Assembly: GCA_020073705.1 (NCBI GenBank) | Contig: JAIQES010000010.1 | Span: 20,166-84,165 of the forward strand | Length of the DNA stretch: 64,000 nucleotides | From: Terriglobia bacterium | Lineage (GTDB): Bacteria > Acidobacteriota > Terriglobia > Acidiferrales > UBA7541 | Direction of reading: 5' to 3' | Shown: piece by piece, positions 38,616 through 48,894 of the stretch | Layout: each line of letters starts with the position of its first letter | How positions within the stretch are numbered: the stretch's first letter is position 1 | The notes under the pieces: generated by a model | The model's database searches: none | The model's input: the letters and a program-made list of their open reading frames with translations, nothing else | What the model was told of the DNA's origin: nothing | Translations under genes and position numbers: made by a program

Positions 38616-39463
38616 GCGCCCGCTTGATCTGGCGGAAGTCACTGAACGTAACGATGTTTTCGCTCACGGGTGTGTGCGCGCTGATCACCGTGGCCGCGCT
38701 GTTCTTTATTCTCGGCTATCTCGTGTGGAACGGCGGAAAAGATCTCTCCTGGAATTTCTTCACGCGGCTCCCGGTTCCAGTGGGCGAGGCCGGCGGTGGA
38801 ATGGCCAATGCGATCCTGGGCAGTCTGAAGCTTTTGTTGCTCGCGGCGCTGTTCGGTGTCCCCATCGGCTTGCTCGGCGGCATGTATCTGGCCGAATTCG
38901 GCGGACGGACGATTCCGTTCCTGGTCCGGTACACGGCGGACCTGCTGAACGGCGTGCCGTCAATCGTGATCGGCATTTTTGCGTACACCCTGGTCGTGAT
39001 GCCCATGCATCACTTTTCGACCCTGGCGGGAGGATTTGCGCTCGGGATTATGGTGATCCCGACGGTGCTGCGCAACACGGAAAGTTTCCTGCGAGACGTG
39101 CCGACTTCGCTGCGCGAGGGCGCGTTCGCGCTGGGCGCGAATAAGTGGCGGACAGTTGCAACGGTGGTGTTGCCGGCGGCTTCACGCGGAATCCTCACGG
39201 GCGCGCTGTTGGCGCTAGCGCGCGTGGCCGGCGAGACGGCGCCGCTGCTGTTCACCGCGTTCGGCAACCGCTACTGGAGCCCCGGCTGGATGCAGCCGAC
39301 GTCGTCGCTTCCGGTTGTGATTTATACTTACGCCACTGGGCCCTATGAAGATTGGCACCAGCAAGCGTGGGCCGCAGGACTGGTGCTGCTCGGGCTGGTG
39401 TTGCTGACGAATATTGTGGTGCGCGCGTTTCTGTCGCGCGGGACTTCCTTTGAGAGGTTGTAA
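38612..39463 (+). CDS. pstA: phosphate ABC transporter permease PstA
   Basis: 283 aa with the EAA loop REGAFALGANKWR. It overlaps the pstC stop. Confidence 0.9.
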   Translation: MSARLIWRKSLNVTMFSLTGVCALITVAALFFILGYLVWNGGKDLSWNFFTRLPVPVGEAGGGMANAILGSLKLLLLAALFGVPIGLLGGMYLAEFGGRTIPFLVRYTADLLNGVPSIVIGIFAYTLVVMPMHHFSTLAGGFALGIMVIPTVLRNTESFLRDVPTSLREGAFALGANKWRTVATVVLPAASRGILTGALLALARVAGETAPLLFTAFGNRYWSPGWMQPTSSLPVVIYTYATGPYEDWHQQAWAAGLVLLGLVLLTNIVVRAFLSRGTSFERL

Positions 39464-40309
39464 ATGATGAATGCCGCCTTTCCACTGATGGGCAATTCAG
39501 GCGCTGCTGCGGCTTCGTCGGCTAAGGTGGCTGTCCGAGACCAATCCGTGTCCGCACCGAGCACGACCAGCCTGCGAATGAAGGTCAAGCAGGTTAATTT
39601 CTATTATGGTAAAAACCACGCCCTTCATAACGTCTCACTCGATGTGGCCACGAACCGCGTGACCGCGCTGATCGGGCCGTCGGGCTGCGGCAAATCGACT
39701 CTGTTGCGGACGCTCAACCGGATGCACGAAACGCTCCGCCATACACGCTTAGAGGGCGAAATTACACTCGACTCGGTGAACATCCTCACATTGGACGTCA
39801 CCAAGCTGCGGCGTATGGTGGGGATGGTCTTTCAGAAGCCGAACCCGTTCCCGAAGTCCATTTTCGAGAATGTGGCCTATGGGCTCCGCATCAACGGTCA
39901 TGCCGGACGCCTGGACGACGCGGTAGAAAAGAGTCTGCGGCGGGCCTCGCTCTGGGACGAAGTGAAAGACCAGCTGCACAAGTCGGCCTACGCGCTGTCC
40001 GGCGGCCAGCAGCAGCGGTTGTGTATCGCACGGGCGCTGGCCGTGGACCCGGAGGTCTTGCTGCTCGATGAGCCCTGCTCGGCGCTCGATCCGGTGAATA
40101 CGGCGAAGATCGAAGAGTTGCTGTTCGAACTGAAGGCGACATGCACGCTGGTGATTGTCACGCACAACATGCAGCAGGCGGCGCGCGTCAGCGATTCGAC
40201 TGCGTTTATGCTGAACGGCGAACTAATCGAATTTTCACCGACGGCGCAACTCTTTACGACGCCTGCGGACCCGCGCACCGAGGCGTACATCACCGGCCGG
40301 TTCGGATGA
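39464..40309 (+). CDS. pstB: phosphate ABC transporter ATP-binding protein
   Basis: 281 aa with Walker [10 protein letters not shown], signature LSGGQQQR and Walker B LLLDEP. Confidence 0.95.
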   Translation: MMNAAFPLMGNSGAAAASSAKVAVRDQSVSAPSTTSLRMKVKQVNFYYGKNHALHNVSLDVATNRVTALIGPSGCGKSTLLRTLNRMHETLRHTRLEGEITLDSVNILTLDVTKLRRMVGMVFQKPNPFPKSIFENVAYGLRINGHAGRLDDAVEKSLRRASLWDEVKDQLHKSAYALSGGQQQRLCIARALAVDPEVLLLDEPCSALDPVNTAKIEELLFELKATCTLVIVTHNMQQAARVSDSTAFMLNGELIEFSPTAQLFTTPADPRTEAYITGRFG

Positions 40310-40423
40310 TCGCGCCGGGGAGCAACCTTTTCTGCGGAGGTGTGTTATAGATGTTTTGGGCATTGCCGCGCGGCGATTAAACAGACAGGGGCGGCATTAA
40401 GAATCCCCGAGAGGATATAACGA

Positions 40424-41095
40424 ATGGAACGTCATTTTGAGCGCGACCTCGAAGAATTGAAGGAGCGGCTGCTCTGGATGGGGAGCCTTGCCGAACGCGC
40501 TGCGCACCAAGCCGTCCACGCCGTGCTCGAAGCGGATGAGAAGCTCGCGCAGGCCGTGCTGGATGAAGAAAACGCCATCAACGAGTTGCAGATTGAGATC
40601 GACGACCGCGTGGTGCAATTGCTGGCGCTGCAGCAATTGATGGCCGCGGATCTCCGTTTTGTGATGGCCATCGCGCGCATCAATAACGAGCTGGAACGCA
40701 TTGGCGACCAGGCGGTCAACATCGCCCAATCGGCGCAGCGCATCATGCGTCATCCGCGCGTGAAGCCCTACATCGATCTGCCGCGGATGGGCGATCTGGC
40801 CGAGAAGATGGTGCGCGACAGCCTCGATTCCCTGGTGCGCCGCGACGTCGTGCTGGCGCGCGCGGTGCTCTCCCGCGACGATCAAGTAGACCATCTCCGC
40901 GATCAGATCTTTCGCGATCTGTTGAGCTACATGATGGGCGATTCTTCGGTGGTGTTTTCCGCATTCGAGTTGATCCTGGTGGCGCAGAATCTGGAGCGCA
41001 TCGCCGACCACGCCACCAACATCGCGGAAGATGTAATTTACATGGTCGTCGGAAGCGACGTCCGCCATCCTGCCTTGGAACGACATAACCCTTGA
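40424..41095 (+). CDS. phoU: phosphate signalling complex protein PhoU
   Basis: 223 aa, a canonical two-repeat PhoU (INNELERIGDQAVNIAQ and QNLERIADHATNIAEDVIY). Confidence 0.9.
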   Translation: MERHFERDLEELKERLLWMGSLAERAAHQAVHAVLEADEKLAQAVLDEENAINELQIEIDDRVVQLLALQQLMAADLRFVMAIARINNELERIGDQAVNIAQSAQRIMRHPRVKPYIDLPRMGDLAEKMVRDSLDSLVRRDVVLARAVLSRDDQVDHLRDQIFRDLLSYMMGDSSVVFSAFELILVAQNLERIADHATNIAEDVIYMVVGSDVRHPALERHNP

Positions 41096-41257
41096 TGGCC
41101 GCCTCCCGGCTCGGCGCGCTCGGCCCCTTCAGCCACGGCGACGCGAAGATTGCCCTCAAGCAACCCTATCTGCGGGATTTCGAAAAACCAGCGAGATTCT
41201 GAGGTCATGCCAACGGGGCAAACCCTCAGACTCACGCGGTGGAAATGGTGTGCGGGC

Positions 41258-41998
41258 TTACGGCAGGTCGAGGAGTAGGAAATCCGCTGCGGTTGCACCC
41301 GATTCTGACCCGGCAGAAAGTTGCAGTTCGGACTCGCTCGAAATGCGAGCCTGATCTCCCGAACCGAGGGTTCCGCTATTGAGTTTCAAATCGCCGCCGA
41401 TCACGAAGATGTACGCGCGCCGGCCTCCAGTGAGCTGATGCACAGTGGATTGACCGGGGGCGAGAAGCGAGGTGTAGATGGACACATCCTGATGGATCTG
41501 CACCGTCCCCCTCGCAGAGTGCGCTCGGGGCAAGCCTTCCTCTCCGGCGGGCACCGCAATCGGTAACAATTTTCCGGAGCGGCCGGGCAGAGAAAAGCTC
41601 TTCTGCTCCCAGGATGGTTCGAGATGCTGGACAGCGGGCGTGATCCAAAGCTGCACCAGGTGGACAGGCTCCTTCTTCGAATGGTTATACTCGGAGTGGC
41701 GCACACCGGTCCCGGCACTCATGCGCTGGATTTCACCGGGACGAATGACGCCGGTGTTGCCCATGTCATCGTGGTGTTCGAGCGCACCTTCGATGACGTA
41801 AGTGACGATTTCCATCTCCCGATGTCCGTGCAGGGGGAAACCGCCCGCTGGGGCAATCATGTCGTCGTTAAATACGCGCAGGGGACCGAAATTCATGTTT
41901 GACGGATCGTGGTAGTGGTCAAACGAGAAATGCCAGTATGTCGTAAGCCAATCTGTTTCAAAGCGATAGCGCTGGTTCGAACGAATCGTCTGAATCAT
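41258..41998 (-). CDS. pirin family protein
   Basis: 246 aa with cupin motif GFPLHGHREMEIVTYVIEGALEHHD and RMSAGTGVRHSE. Confidence 0.85.
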   Translation of the reverse strand: MIQTIRSNQRYRFETDWLTTYWHFSFDHYHDPSNMNFGPLRVFNDDMIAPAGGFPLHGHREMEIVTYVIEGALEHHDDMGNTGVIRPGEIQRMSAGTGVRHSEYNHSKKEPVHLVQLWITPAVQHLEPSWEQKSFSLPGRSGKLLPIAVPAGEEGLPRAHSARGTVQIHQDVSIYTSLLAPGQSTVHQLTGGRRAYIFVIGGDLKLNSGTLGSGDQARISSESELQLSAGSESGATAADFLLLDLP

Positions 41999-42230
41999 GG
42001 TGGAATCTCCAAGCTGCCCGTCTTCTGACCCTATTTATATTTCGTATAATGTTTTAGATGCAATCAGTCCGCAATGGCCGCAAGGGGTCGGGCTCCCGTG
42101 CTGTTCCGTAGGAATTGGTATCCAACCATGGAAGCGAAAATTTATGCCAATATCACTACCCCAAAATCCAAAGTTGGTGTAAGTTTCTACCGTCTTATTA
42201 TGCTTATTATGCGTTGAGGCGGAGGCAATC

Positions 42231-43568
42231 ATGAATCCTGTCAAACCTGTAACACAGACTGCCGAAGGGACCACTCGAATGACACGGGACACTCTCAGCG
42301 TCACCGATAACCGGACGGGAAAGACATACGAAATTCCTATCACCAACGATACCATCCGCGCCGTCGACCTGCGTCAGATCAAGGCAAAACCCGATGACTT
42401 CGGGATGATGAGCTATGACCCGGCCTTCAACAATACGGCCTTGTGTCAAAGCAAGATCACGTTCATTGACGGCGACAAGGGCATCCTGCGTTACCGCGGC
42501 TATTCTATCGAGGAGCTGGCCGAGAAAAGCACTTACCTCGAGACGGCCTATCTGATTCTGCACGGCGAGCTGCCCAGTCGCGCGCAGCTCGATGATTGGA
42601 CCTACCACATTACGCACCATACGTTCATCCATGAGTCGGTCAAGAAATTCTTGGACGGGTTTCACTATGACGCCCACCCGATGGGCATGATAATCTCTGC
42701 TATCGCGGCGCTTTCGACGTTCTATCCCGAGTCGCGAGACATTTTCAATCAGGAATCGCGCCGCAAGCAAACCTGGCGGCTGATTGGGAAAATGCCGACA
42801 CTGGCGGCGTTCTCCTACCGCCACAGTCTGGGCATGCCATTTTCTTATCCAGACAATGAGCTGAGCTACCCCGGCAACTTCCTGAACATGCTGTTCAAGA
42901 CGACCGAGCTCAAGTACCGTCCGAATCCCACGCTGGAACGCGCGCTGGACGTGCTGTTCATCCTGCATGCCGACCACGAGCAGAATTGTTCAGCCAACGC
43001 GATGCGGTGTGTCGGCAGTTCCCATCCGGACCCGTTTTCGGCGACCGCTGCGGCTACTGCCGCACTCTACGGTCCACTCCATGGCGGCGCCAACGAGGAG
43101 GTCCTCCGGATGCTGGCGGAGATCGGCTCTCTCTCCAACGTGCCGGCGTTTATCAAACGTGTGAAGGCAGGCGAAAAGAAACTGATGGGCTTTGGACACC
43201 GCGTATATAAGAACTACGACCCGCGAGCGCGCATTATCAAGCACGTTGCCGACGGGGTGTTCGAAATCATGGGGCGCAACCCTCTGTTGGATATTGCGCT
43301 CGAATGTGAACGCATTGCCCTCCAGGACGATTATTTCGTTTCTCGCAAACTCTACCCCAACGTCGACTTTTATACCGGGTTGATCTATCAATCCATGGGC
43401 TTTCCGGTAACGATGTTCCCGGTGCTTTTTGCGATCCCACGCACAAGTGGCTGGATCGCTCAGTGGGAAGAGATGCTGCTCGACCCCGAGCAGAAGATCG
43501 CCCGTCCTCGTCAGGTCTACCTCGGACACGAGTTGCGGCCTTACCCTGCGATCGACCAGCGAAGCTAA
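42231..43568 (+). CDS. gltA: citrate synthase
   Basis: 445 aa with LHADHEQN, GPLHGGANE and GFGHRVYKNYDPRA motifs. Confidence 0.95.
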   Translation: MNPVKPVTQTAEGTTRMTRDTLSVTDNRTGKTYEIPITNDTIRAVDLRQIKAKPDDFGMMSYDPAFNNTALCQSKITFIDGDKGILRYRGYSIEELAEKSTYLETAYLILHGELPSRAQLDDWTYHITHHTFIHESVKKFLDGFHYDAHPMGMIISAIAALSTFYPESRDIFNQESRRKQTWRLIGKMPTLAAFSYRHSLGMPFSYPDNELSYPGNFLNMLFKTTELKYRPNPTLERALDVLFILHADHEQNCSANAMRCVGSSHPDPFSATAAATAALYGPLHGGANEEVLRMLAEIGSLSNVPAFIKRVKAGEKKLMGFGHRVYKNYDPRARIIKHVADGVFEIMGRNPLLDIALECERIALQDDYFVSRKLYPNVDFYTGLIYQSMGFPVTMFPVLFAIPRTSGWIAQWEEMLLDPEQKIARPRQVYLGHELRPYPAIDQRS

Positions 43569-43922
43569 CCACTCGGTATTTTGACGGGTGTTATGGGCCG
43601 ATTGAGACAGACGGCCACCGGGCCGCTGACGTAGGATTCCACGCTCGTGTGCGGCTGCGCTTCATCTTGCTATTATTGCCTCCCGTCTCCGGCGAGAGGG
43701 GGGTGCTTTTGACACAGCACTTCCGCGCACGGCCCTTGACATCTTTCTCCTATTAGAGAAAACTAAAATTCCCCTTCCAGAAAGTTGATTCCCTTGCTTG
43801 ATCGGATTGCTGCGGCACGGTTGTAACTTGCCGTCAGCCGTGTCGAGGTCTCCGCGTGGCAAAGTGCCTACGGGTGCGGTAGGCCGCGCATAAACCGGCG
43901 CAGGGAATCACGAGGTTGCCAG

Positions 43923-44852
43923 GTGTCCATGAATAACGGAGAGCCGATTCGCATTCTCCTGGTCGGTGAGGCTCGGGAGGCGCGCCGGCTGCGCGAGTTG
44001 CTCGAATCCGATGGTTCCGAGCAGTTTCACATTGCGCACGTCCCTGCCATGGAGGTCGCCGCCGAATGCCTCTTCCGAGACGATACAGATGTCCTGCTGC
44101 TGGATATCGGGCCGGACCAATCGCAGGGCCGCGCAATCGTTCGTGCCGCTAGCACCACTGCGCCTCGCGTCCCTACGGTGATCCTGTCTGAGTCCGAAGA
44201 CGAATCCCTCGCGGTCGCGTCGCTCCAGCAAGGGGTGCAGGATTTCCTGGCAAAGGAACATCTGGACTGTGCCGCGCTTGGGCGCTCGCTGCGTTACGCC
44301 ATCGAGCGTCATCGGGTGCAGAAGACGTTGCAAAGCCTCTCTTTGATCGATGACCTGACCGGTCTACACAATCGTCGTGGTTTTCGAGCGCTTGCTGAAC
44401 AACATTTGCGCCTGATCCTCCGCAACGGCGCGGCCTTGCTGGTATATGTGGATCTCGATGAGCTGAAAACGATCAACGATACCTACGGCCATTTGGAAGG
44501 CAATCGCGCACTGATCGCGACGGCCAATGTCCTGCGCGCCAGCTTTCGTCAATCCGACATTCTCGCGCGCCTTGGCGGCGATGAATTCTGCGTTCTGATG
44601 ACCGATGCCCGCCAGAACACTGCCCAACAGGTGCGCAAGCGCTTGCAGCGGCGTGTGGACTTCACGAATGCGCATTCCCACGGGTGCTTTCGCCTTTCCC
44701 TGAGCATCGGTATCACCCAAGTGCCCGTGGTCCATCAGCCGCCGCTCGAAGAATTAATCCGTCATGCTGACGCGCTCATGTATGAGGAGAAGCGGAATAA
44801 ACAGGCGCGCGCCTCCAATTCGTTCTCCGTAAGGCACCCGGCCCCCGCATGA
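43923..44852 (+). CDS. response-regulator receiver / GGDEF diguanylate cyclase
   Basis: 309 aa. N-terminal REC-like domain (IRILLVGE...DVLLLDIGPD) and a GGDEF domain with RLGGDEFCVLM. Confidence 0.85.
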   Translation: MSMNNGEPIRILLVGEAREARRLRELLESDGSEQFHIAHVPAMEVAAECLFRDDTDVLLLDIGPDQSQGRAIVRAASTTAPRVPTVILSESEDESLAVASLQQGVQDFLAKEHLDCAALGRSLRYAIERHRVQKTLQSLSLIDDLTGLHNRRGFRALAEQHLRLILRNGAALLVYVDLDELKTINDTYGHLEGNRALIATANVLRASFRQSDILARLGGDEFCVLMTDARQNTAQQVRKRLQRRVDFTNAHSHGCFRLSLSIGITQVPVVHQPPLEELIRHADALMYEEKRNKQARASNSFSVRHPAPA

Positions 44853-44879
44853 GCCCCCTGGGTTGCAACGGCGCCCGCT

Positions 44880-45278
44880 CGCGGGTGAAGGAATCGCGTC
44901 ATTTTGCCGATATCCCTATGGCGATCAGGGCCGAATTCGCCCCGCAGAAAGGCGCATCATTTTTCTTCACCGTGAGACGGCCGCTCCCTTTGCGTCCCAC
45001 ACCGCTGCCTCCCTCGGAGGTGTCGCATGAGTTATGACAGGAGCAAGATTGTACCGGTGGATGGCAGCACGCGCGCCATACCCGTGATCGTCCTCACATC
45101 TTGCAAAGAGGAAAAGTACCCGCTGATGAGTTGTAACCTCGGCGTGAACGGTTATATCCAGAGGCTGCTGGGCTTTGCGTTTCGCAAGATGTTTCACACC
45201 TTGGGACTCTTCTGGCTGTTGCTCAACCGGCTGTCCTCGCAACAAACACTCCATGCCTCTGCGGAGAAGTCCGGATGA
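44880..45278 (+). pseudogene. remnant of a histidine kinase C-terminus plus decayed receiver domain
   Basis: ORF 44849..45037 ends ...AIRAEFAPQKGASFFFTVRRPLP, which matches the tail of a HATPase_c domain. ORF 45027..45278 (AIPVIVLTSCKEEKYPLMSCNLGVNGYIQRLLGFAFRKMFHTLGLFWLLLN) matches only the C-terminal half of a REC domain. It lacks the phospho-acceptor Asp region, and the usual K-P after YI is R-L. Confidence 0.5.
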
Positions 45279-47272
45279 GTCAAACCGCTGCGAACAAGAC
45301 CATCAACACGCTTTGGAACATGTCTGTGCCCCTGCGCATGCTTGTCATCGAGCACACGACCGCCGACGCGGAATCGAATCTTCACGAGCTTCAGCGGGCG
45401 GGTTTCCAGTGCCAGGCGCATATCGTGGGCACCCGCGCGGAGATTCTCGATCATCTTCGGTGCTTTCACTACGACATTGTCCTGACCGATTACCAGCTTC
45501 CGGGCTGGACCGGCATGGACGCCTTATCGCTGGTGCGCCAGTCCATCGGCGAGATTCCATTCATCCTGGTGACGGGGGCGCTGGGTGAAGAAGTTGCGGT
45601 CGAATGTATTAGACAGGGCGTCACCGATTACGTGCTGAAGGACCACCTCTCGCGCCTTCCCATCGTGGTCGCGCGCGCCCTCGAAGAAAAAAACCTCCGC
45701 GACGCCCGCGCCTTCATGGTCGAGGCTCTCCGCCAGAGCGAATCCAACTCTCTTTTTCTCTTTACCCACAATCCGCTCCCCATGTGGGTGTTTGAAAGGG
45801 AAAGTCTGCAATTTCTCCAGGTCAATGATGCAGCCCTTGTTCATTATGGGTATGAACGGATCGAGTTTCTGCGGATGAGTGTCAGCGATCTCCACCCTCC
45901 AGAAGAAATCCCCAGATTGCTCAGGGCATTTCACGACGATTCTACCCATGTACAACCTGTCGGGCAGTGGCATCACCGCCGAAAGGATGGATCGGTCATT
46001 GACGTGGAGATTTTTCTGCACCCCATGAAATATTCCGGACGCGCCGCCGCACTCGTAGTAGCGCAGGACATCACCGAGCGCCGCGCACTCGAGCAACAGC
46101 TCCAGCAGTCACAGAAATTCGAGGCCATCGGTCAGCTCGCTGGAGGCATATCACACGACGTCAACAACGTGATCGGCGCCATTCTTGGCTGGGTGGAGCT
46201 GGGAGAGGAGCAGGCCGCCTCGAACGATGCGCGTCTTGCCACCTACTTCAAGAAGATTCACGCGCAGTGCGACCGCGTTACGGCGCTGGTCCGTCAATTG
46301 CTCGCCTTCGCGCGGCGCCAGATCCTCGAACCCCGGAATATCAGCCTGAATCAATCGGTTCAGGATGTCTTGAACTTGCTCGACAACGTGATTGGCAAGG
46401 ATATCGAACTCCACACCGTCCTGGCGGACGATCTAGCTGTCGTTCGCGCGGACCCTACGCAGATTGAGCAGGTCTTGATGAATCTCTGCATCAATTCCCG
46501 CGACGCCATGCCGAAGGGTGGCCGCCTGTCCATCGAGACGCACAATGCCGAATTCTCCGAGGAGCTATGCCGCCGCAATGCGAGGCTCCAGCCCGGACGT
46601 TTTGTCAGGCTTTCCGTAAGTGACACGGGTATCGGCATGGATGCCGCTGTTCGCGAACGGATCTTTGAGCCTTTCTTCACGACCAAGGCAACCGGGAAGG
46701 GCACCGGGCTGGGACTTTCCACGGTCTACGGTATCGTCAAACAGCACGGCGGCTTCATTCAGGTGGAAAGCGAGCCAGGCCGGGGAAGCAGATTCTGCGT
46801 CTTTCTCCCCGTGAGTGAAGATGCGAAGCCGGCTGAATATCGGCCGCCTGTCGTTACAGATCAGGCGGTTTGCGGTGGTACCGAAACCATCCTGATTGCC
46901 GAGGATCACGAGGGCATCCGCGAAATGGCTAGCGCCACCCTGGAATCGCTGGGTTATCACGTTCTACTCGCTCGCGATGGCGAGGAGGCCGTCGCAATTT
47001 TTTCTGCTCACCGCGACTCGATCGCGCTCGTTCTGCTGGACGTCATCATGCCGCGCCGCAGTGGCCCGGAAACCTATGAGGCCATTACGGCACTGAAACC
47101 CGGTATTCCCGTCATCTTCGCCACCGGCTACAGCAATGAGACGGCTGCACTGACCGAGATGGTTGAACGCGGCATCATCGTTCTGCAAAAGCCTTACAGC
47201 CCGAGAGTACTCTGGCGTCGAGTCCGGGAAGCGCTCGATTATGCCGCGGCAGGTTTCTCGCGGACGGCATGA
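45275..47272 (+). CDS. hybrid sensor histidine kinase (REC-PAS-HisKA-HATPase-REC)
   Basis: 665 aa. N-terminal REC (DIVLTDYQLPGWTG), a PAS domain, H-box GGISHDVNNVIG, HATPase (DTGIGM, GTGLGLS), and a C-terminal REC (LVLLDVIMPRRSG). Confidence 0.9.
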   Translation: MSQTAANKTINTLWNMSVPLRMLVIEHTTADAESNLHELQRAGFQCQAHIVGTRAEILDHLRCFHYDIVLTDYQLPGWTGMDALSLVRQSIGEIPFILVTGALGEEVAVECIRQGVTDYVLKDHLSRLPIVVARALEEKNLRDARAFMVEALRQSESNSLFLFTHNPLPMWVFERESLQFLQVNDAALVHYGYERIEFLRMSVSDLHPPEEIPRLLRAFHDDSTHVQPVGQWHHRRKDGSVIDVEIFLHPMKYSGRAAALVVAQDITERRALEQQLQQSQKFEAIGQLAGGISHDVNNVIGAILGWVELGEEQAASNDARLATYFKKIHAQCDRVTALVRQLLAFARRQILEPRNISLNQSVQDVLNLLDNVIGKDIELHTVLADDLAVVRADPTQIEQVLMNLCINSRDAMPKGGRLSIETHNAEFSEELCRRNARLQPGRFVRLSVSDTGIGMDAAVRERIFEPFFTTKATGKGTGLGLSTVYGIVKQHGGFIQVESEPGRGSRFCVFLPVSEDAKPAEYRPPVVTDQAVCGGTETILIAEDHEGIREMASATLESLGYHVLLARDGEEAVAIFSAHRDSIALVLLDVIMPRRSGPETYEAITALKPGIPVIFATGYSNETAALTEMVERGIIVLQKPYSPRVLWRRVREALDYAAAGFSRTA

Positions 47273-47529
47273 AATTGCGACGTTTCATCTAATCACTGGC
47301 GCACTGGTCAAGCTGACAGGCAACCAACTGTTGCTCCCGCAGACGGCTACGGCGCAAATTTGCCTCGACACGGACACCGTTTGGGATTGGAAATTTTGTT
47401 GCCGTTCTGAGATTGACACGATAGGGCGGCTGGCATATGGTTTTGCGCAAAGATGAAGTAGAAATCGGAAATTCCGGTTTCAACCGCCGGACGGCCAAAA
47501 AACCAATTCCAGCAAAGGAGGCTGCAACA

Positions 47530-48597
47530 ATGGATTTGGGAATTCTGCTGGCAGCGTCCTCGCATTCCTGGAAGGTGGTGAAACGCGCCGAAGAGCTGGG
47601 CTACACTCATGCCTGGTTTCACGATACCCAGCTTCTGGATGCGGACGTGTTCGTGGCAATGGCGGCCGTCGCGATGCAGACGTCGCGCATCCGGCTGGGC
47701 ACCGGCGTGCTGATTCCCTCCAACCGAATCGCACCGGTCACGGCGAACGCGCTCGCCTCGCTGAACGCCCTTGCCCCCGGCCGCATCGACTTTGGCGTTT
47801 CGACCGGATTTACCGCACGCCGAACGATGGGGTTACGTGCGATCCCGCTCGCCAAGCTCGAGGATTACATCCGCGTTGTTCAAGGTCTTCTGAACGGCGA
47901 GACCGTCGAATGGTCCGAAGAGAGCTCTTCCCGGAAGATCCGCTTCCTCAACCCGGAACTGGGAATGACCAACCTTCGCGATCCTATCCCGGTGCATGTC
48001 TCGGCGTTCGGACCGCGGGGGCGGCAACTCACGGCAAAACTTGGCGCCGGCTGGATCATGGCCATGCGGAACGCCGACTGGGCGCTCGCGGGTCTTGCCG
48101 AAATGCGTAAGGCGTGGCAAGCGGCGGGCCGCGACGTGAAGGACCTCTATGCGACAGCCTTCGGCGGCGGCTGCGTGCTCGCCGACGGTGAGTCCGCCGA
48201 CAGTCCGCGCGCAATAGCTCAGGCTGGCCCTGCGGCTGCGGTCGTCTTTCACGACCTTGCCGAACAGGGCGAGTATGGCTCCCTGGGTCTTCCCTTGCCA
48301 CCGCAATTTAAGACCCAGGCCGAGCGTTACCGCCAGATTTACTCCGGTTATGTACCGCCAGATGCTCGCTACCTTTCCAATCACCGCGGCCACCTGATGT
48401 TCCTGCGCCCGGAGGAGCGCGAAATCATCTCCGGCGACGCCGTTCGCGCCCTCACCTTCACCGGCACCCGAGCGGAACTGGCCAGCAGTCTGAGAGCACT
48501 GCAGGCCGCAGGATTCAGCCAGGTCGGCTTCCACATCCGCCACGGCCACGAAATGACGATGCTGGAAGATTGGGCCGAGGTTTTCGCGAAGGTCTAA
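47530..48597 (+). CDS. LLM-class (luciferase-like) flavin/F420-dependent oxidoreductase
   Basis: ATG 47530 with an AAGGAGG RBS, giving MDLGILLAASSHSWKVVKRAEELGYTHAWFHDTQLL...RLGTGVLIP... Confidence 0.8.
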   Translation: MDLGILLAASSHSWKVVKRAEELGYTHAWFHDTQLLDADVFVAMAAVAMQTSRIRLGTGVLIPSNRIAPVTANALASLNALAPGRIDFGVSTGFTARRTMGLRAIPLAKLEDYIRVVQGLLNGETVEWSEESSSRKIRFLNPELGMTNLRDPIPVHVSAFGPRGRQLTAKLGAGWIMAMRNADWALAGLAEMRKAWQAAGRDVKDLYATAFGGGCVLADGESADSPRAIAQAGPAAAVVFHDLAEQGEYGSLGLPLPPQFKTQAERYRQIYSGYVPPDARYLSNHRGHLMFLRPEEREIISGDAVRALTFTGTRAELASSLRALQAAGFSQVGFHIRHGHEMTMLEDWAEVFAKV

Positions 48598-48894
48598 AGC
48601 TGTTTCCCTCGCGCCTGCCGGGGGAGTTGGCCGGCAGCCCCCGCACAATAGCTCAGGCCGGCCCTGAAGGCTCGAAGCCCGACCTTGGCGATGAGCAACC
48701 GTGATAATTTCCGAGCATATGAGTCACGATTTAGTTCGTGTTAGCGGGGACTCACGCACCAGATTTCCCGCGACTGGCGCTTCACCTCAGGTTTCGTCTT
48801 TCATCTAGGCAAATGAGAGCCGGGAGTCGGTATTTTCTCCGCGCGGGGGAAAGCCTTCCAGGCTTGTGCCAGAGCAGCGGACCAGTCCCTATGG

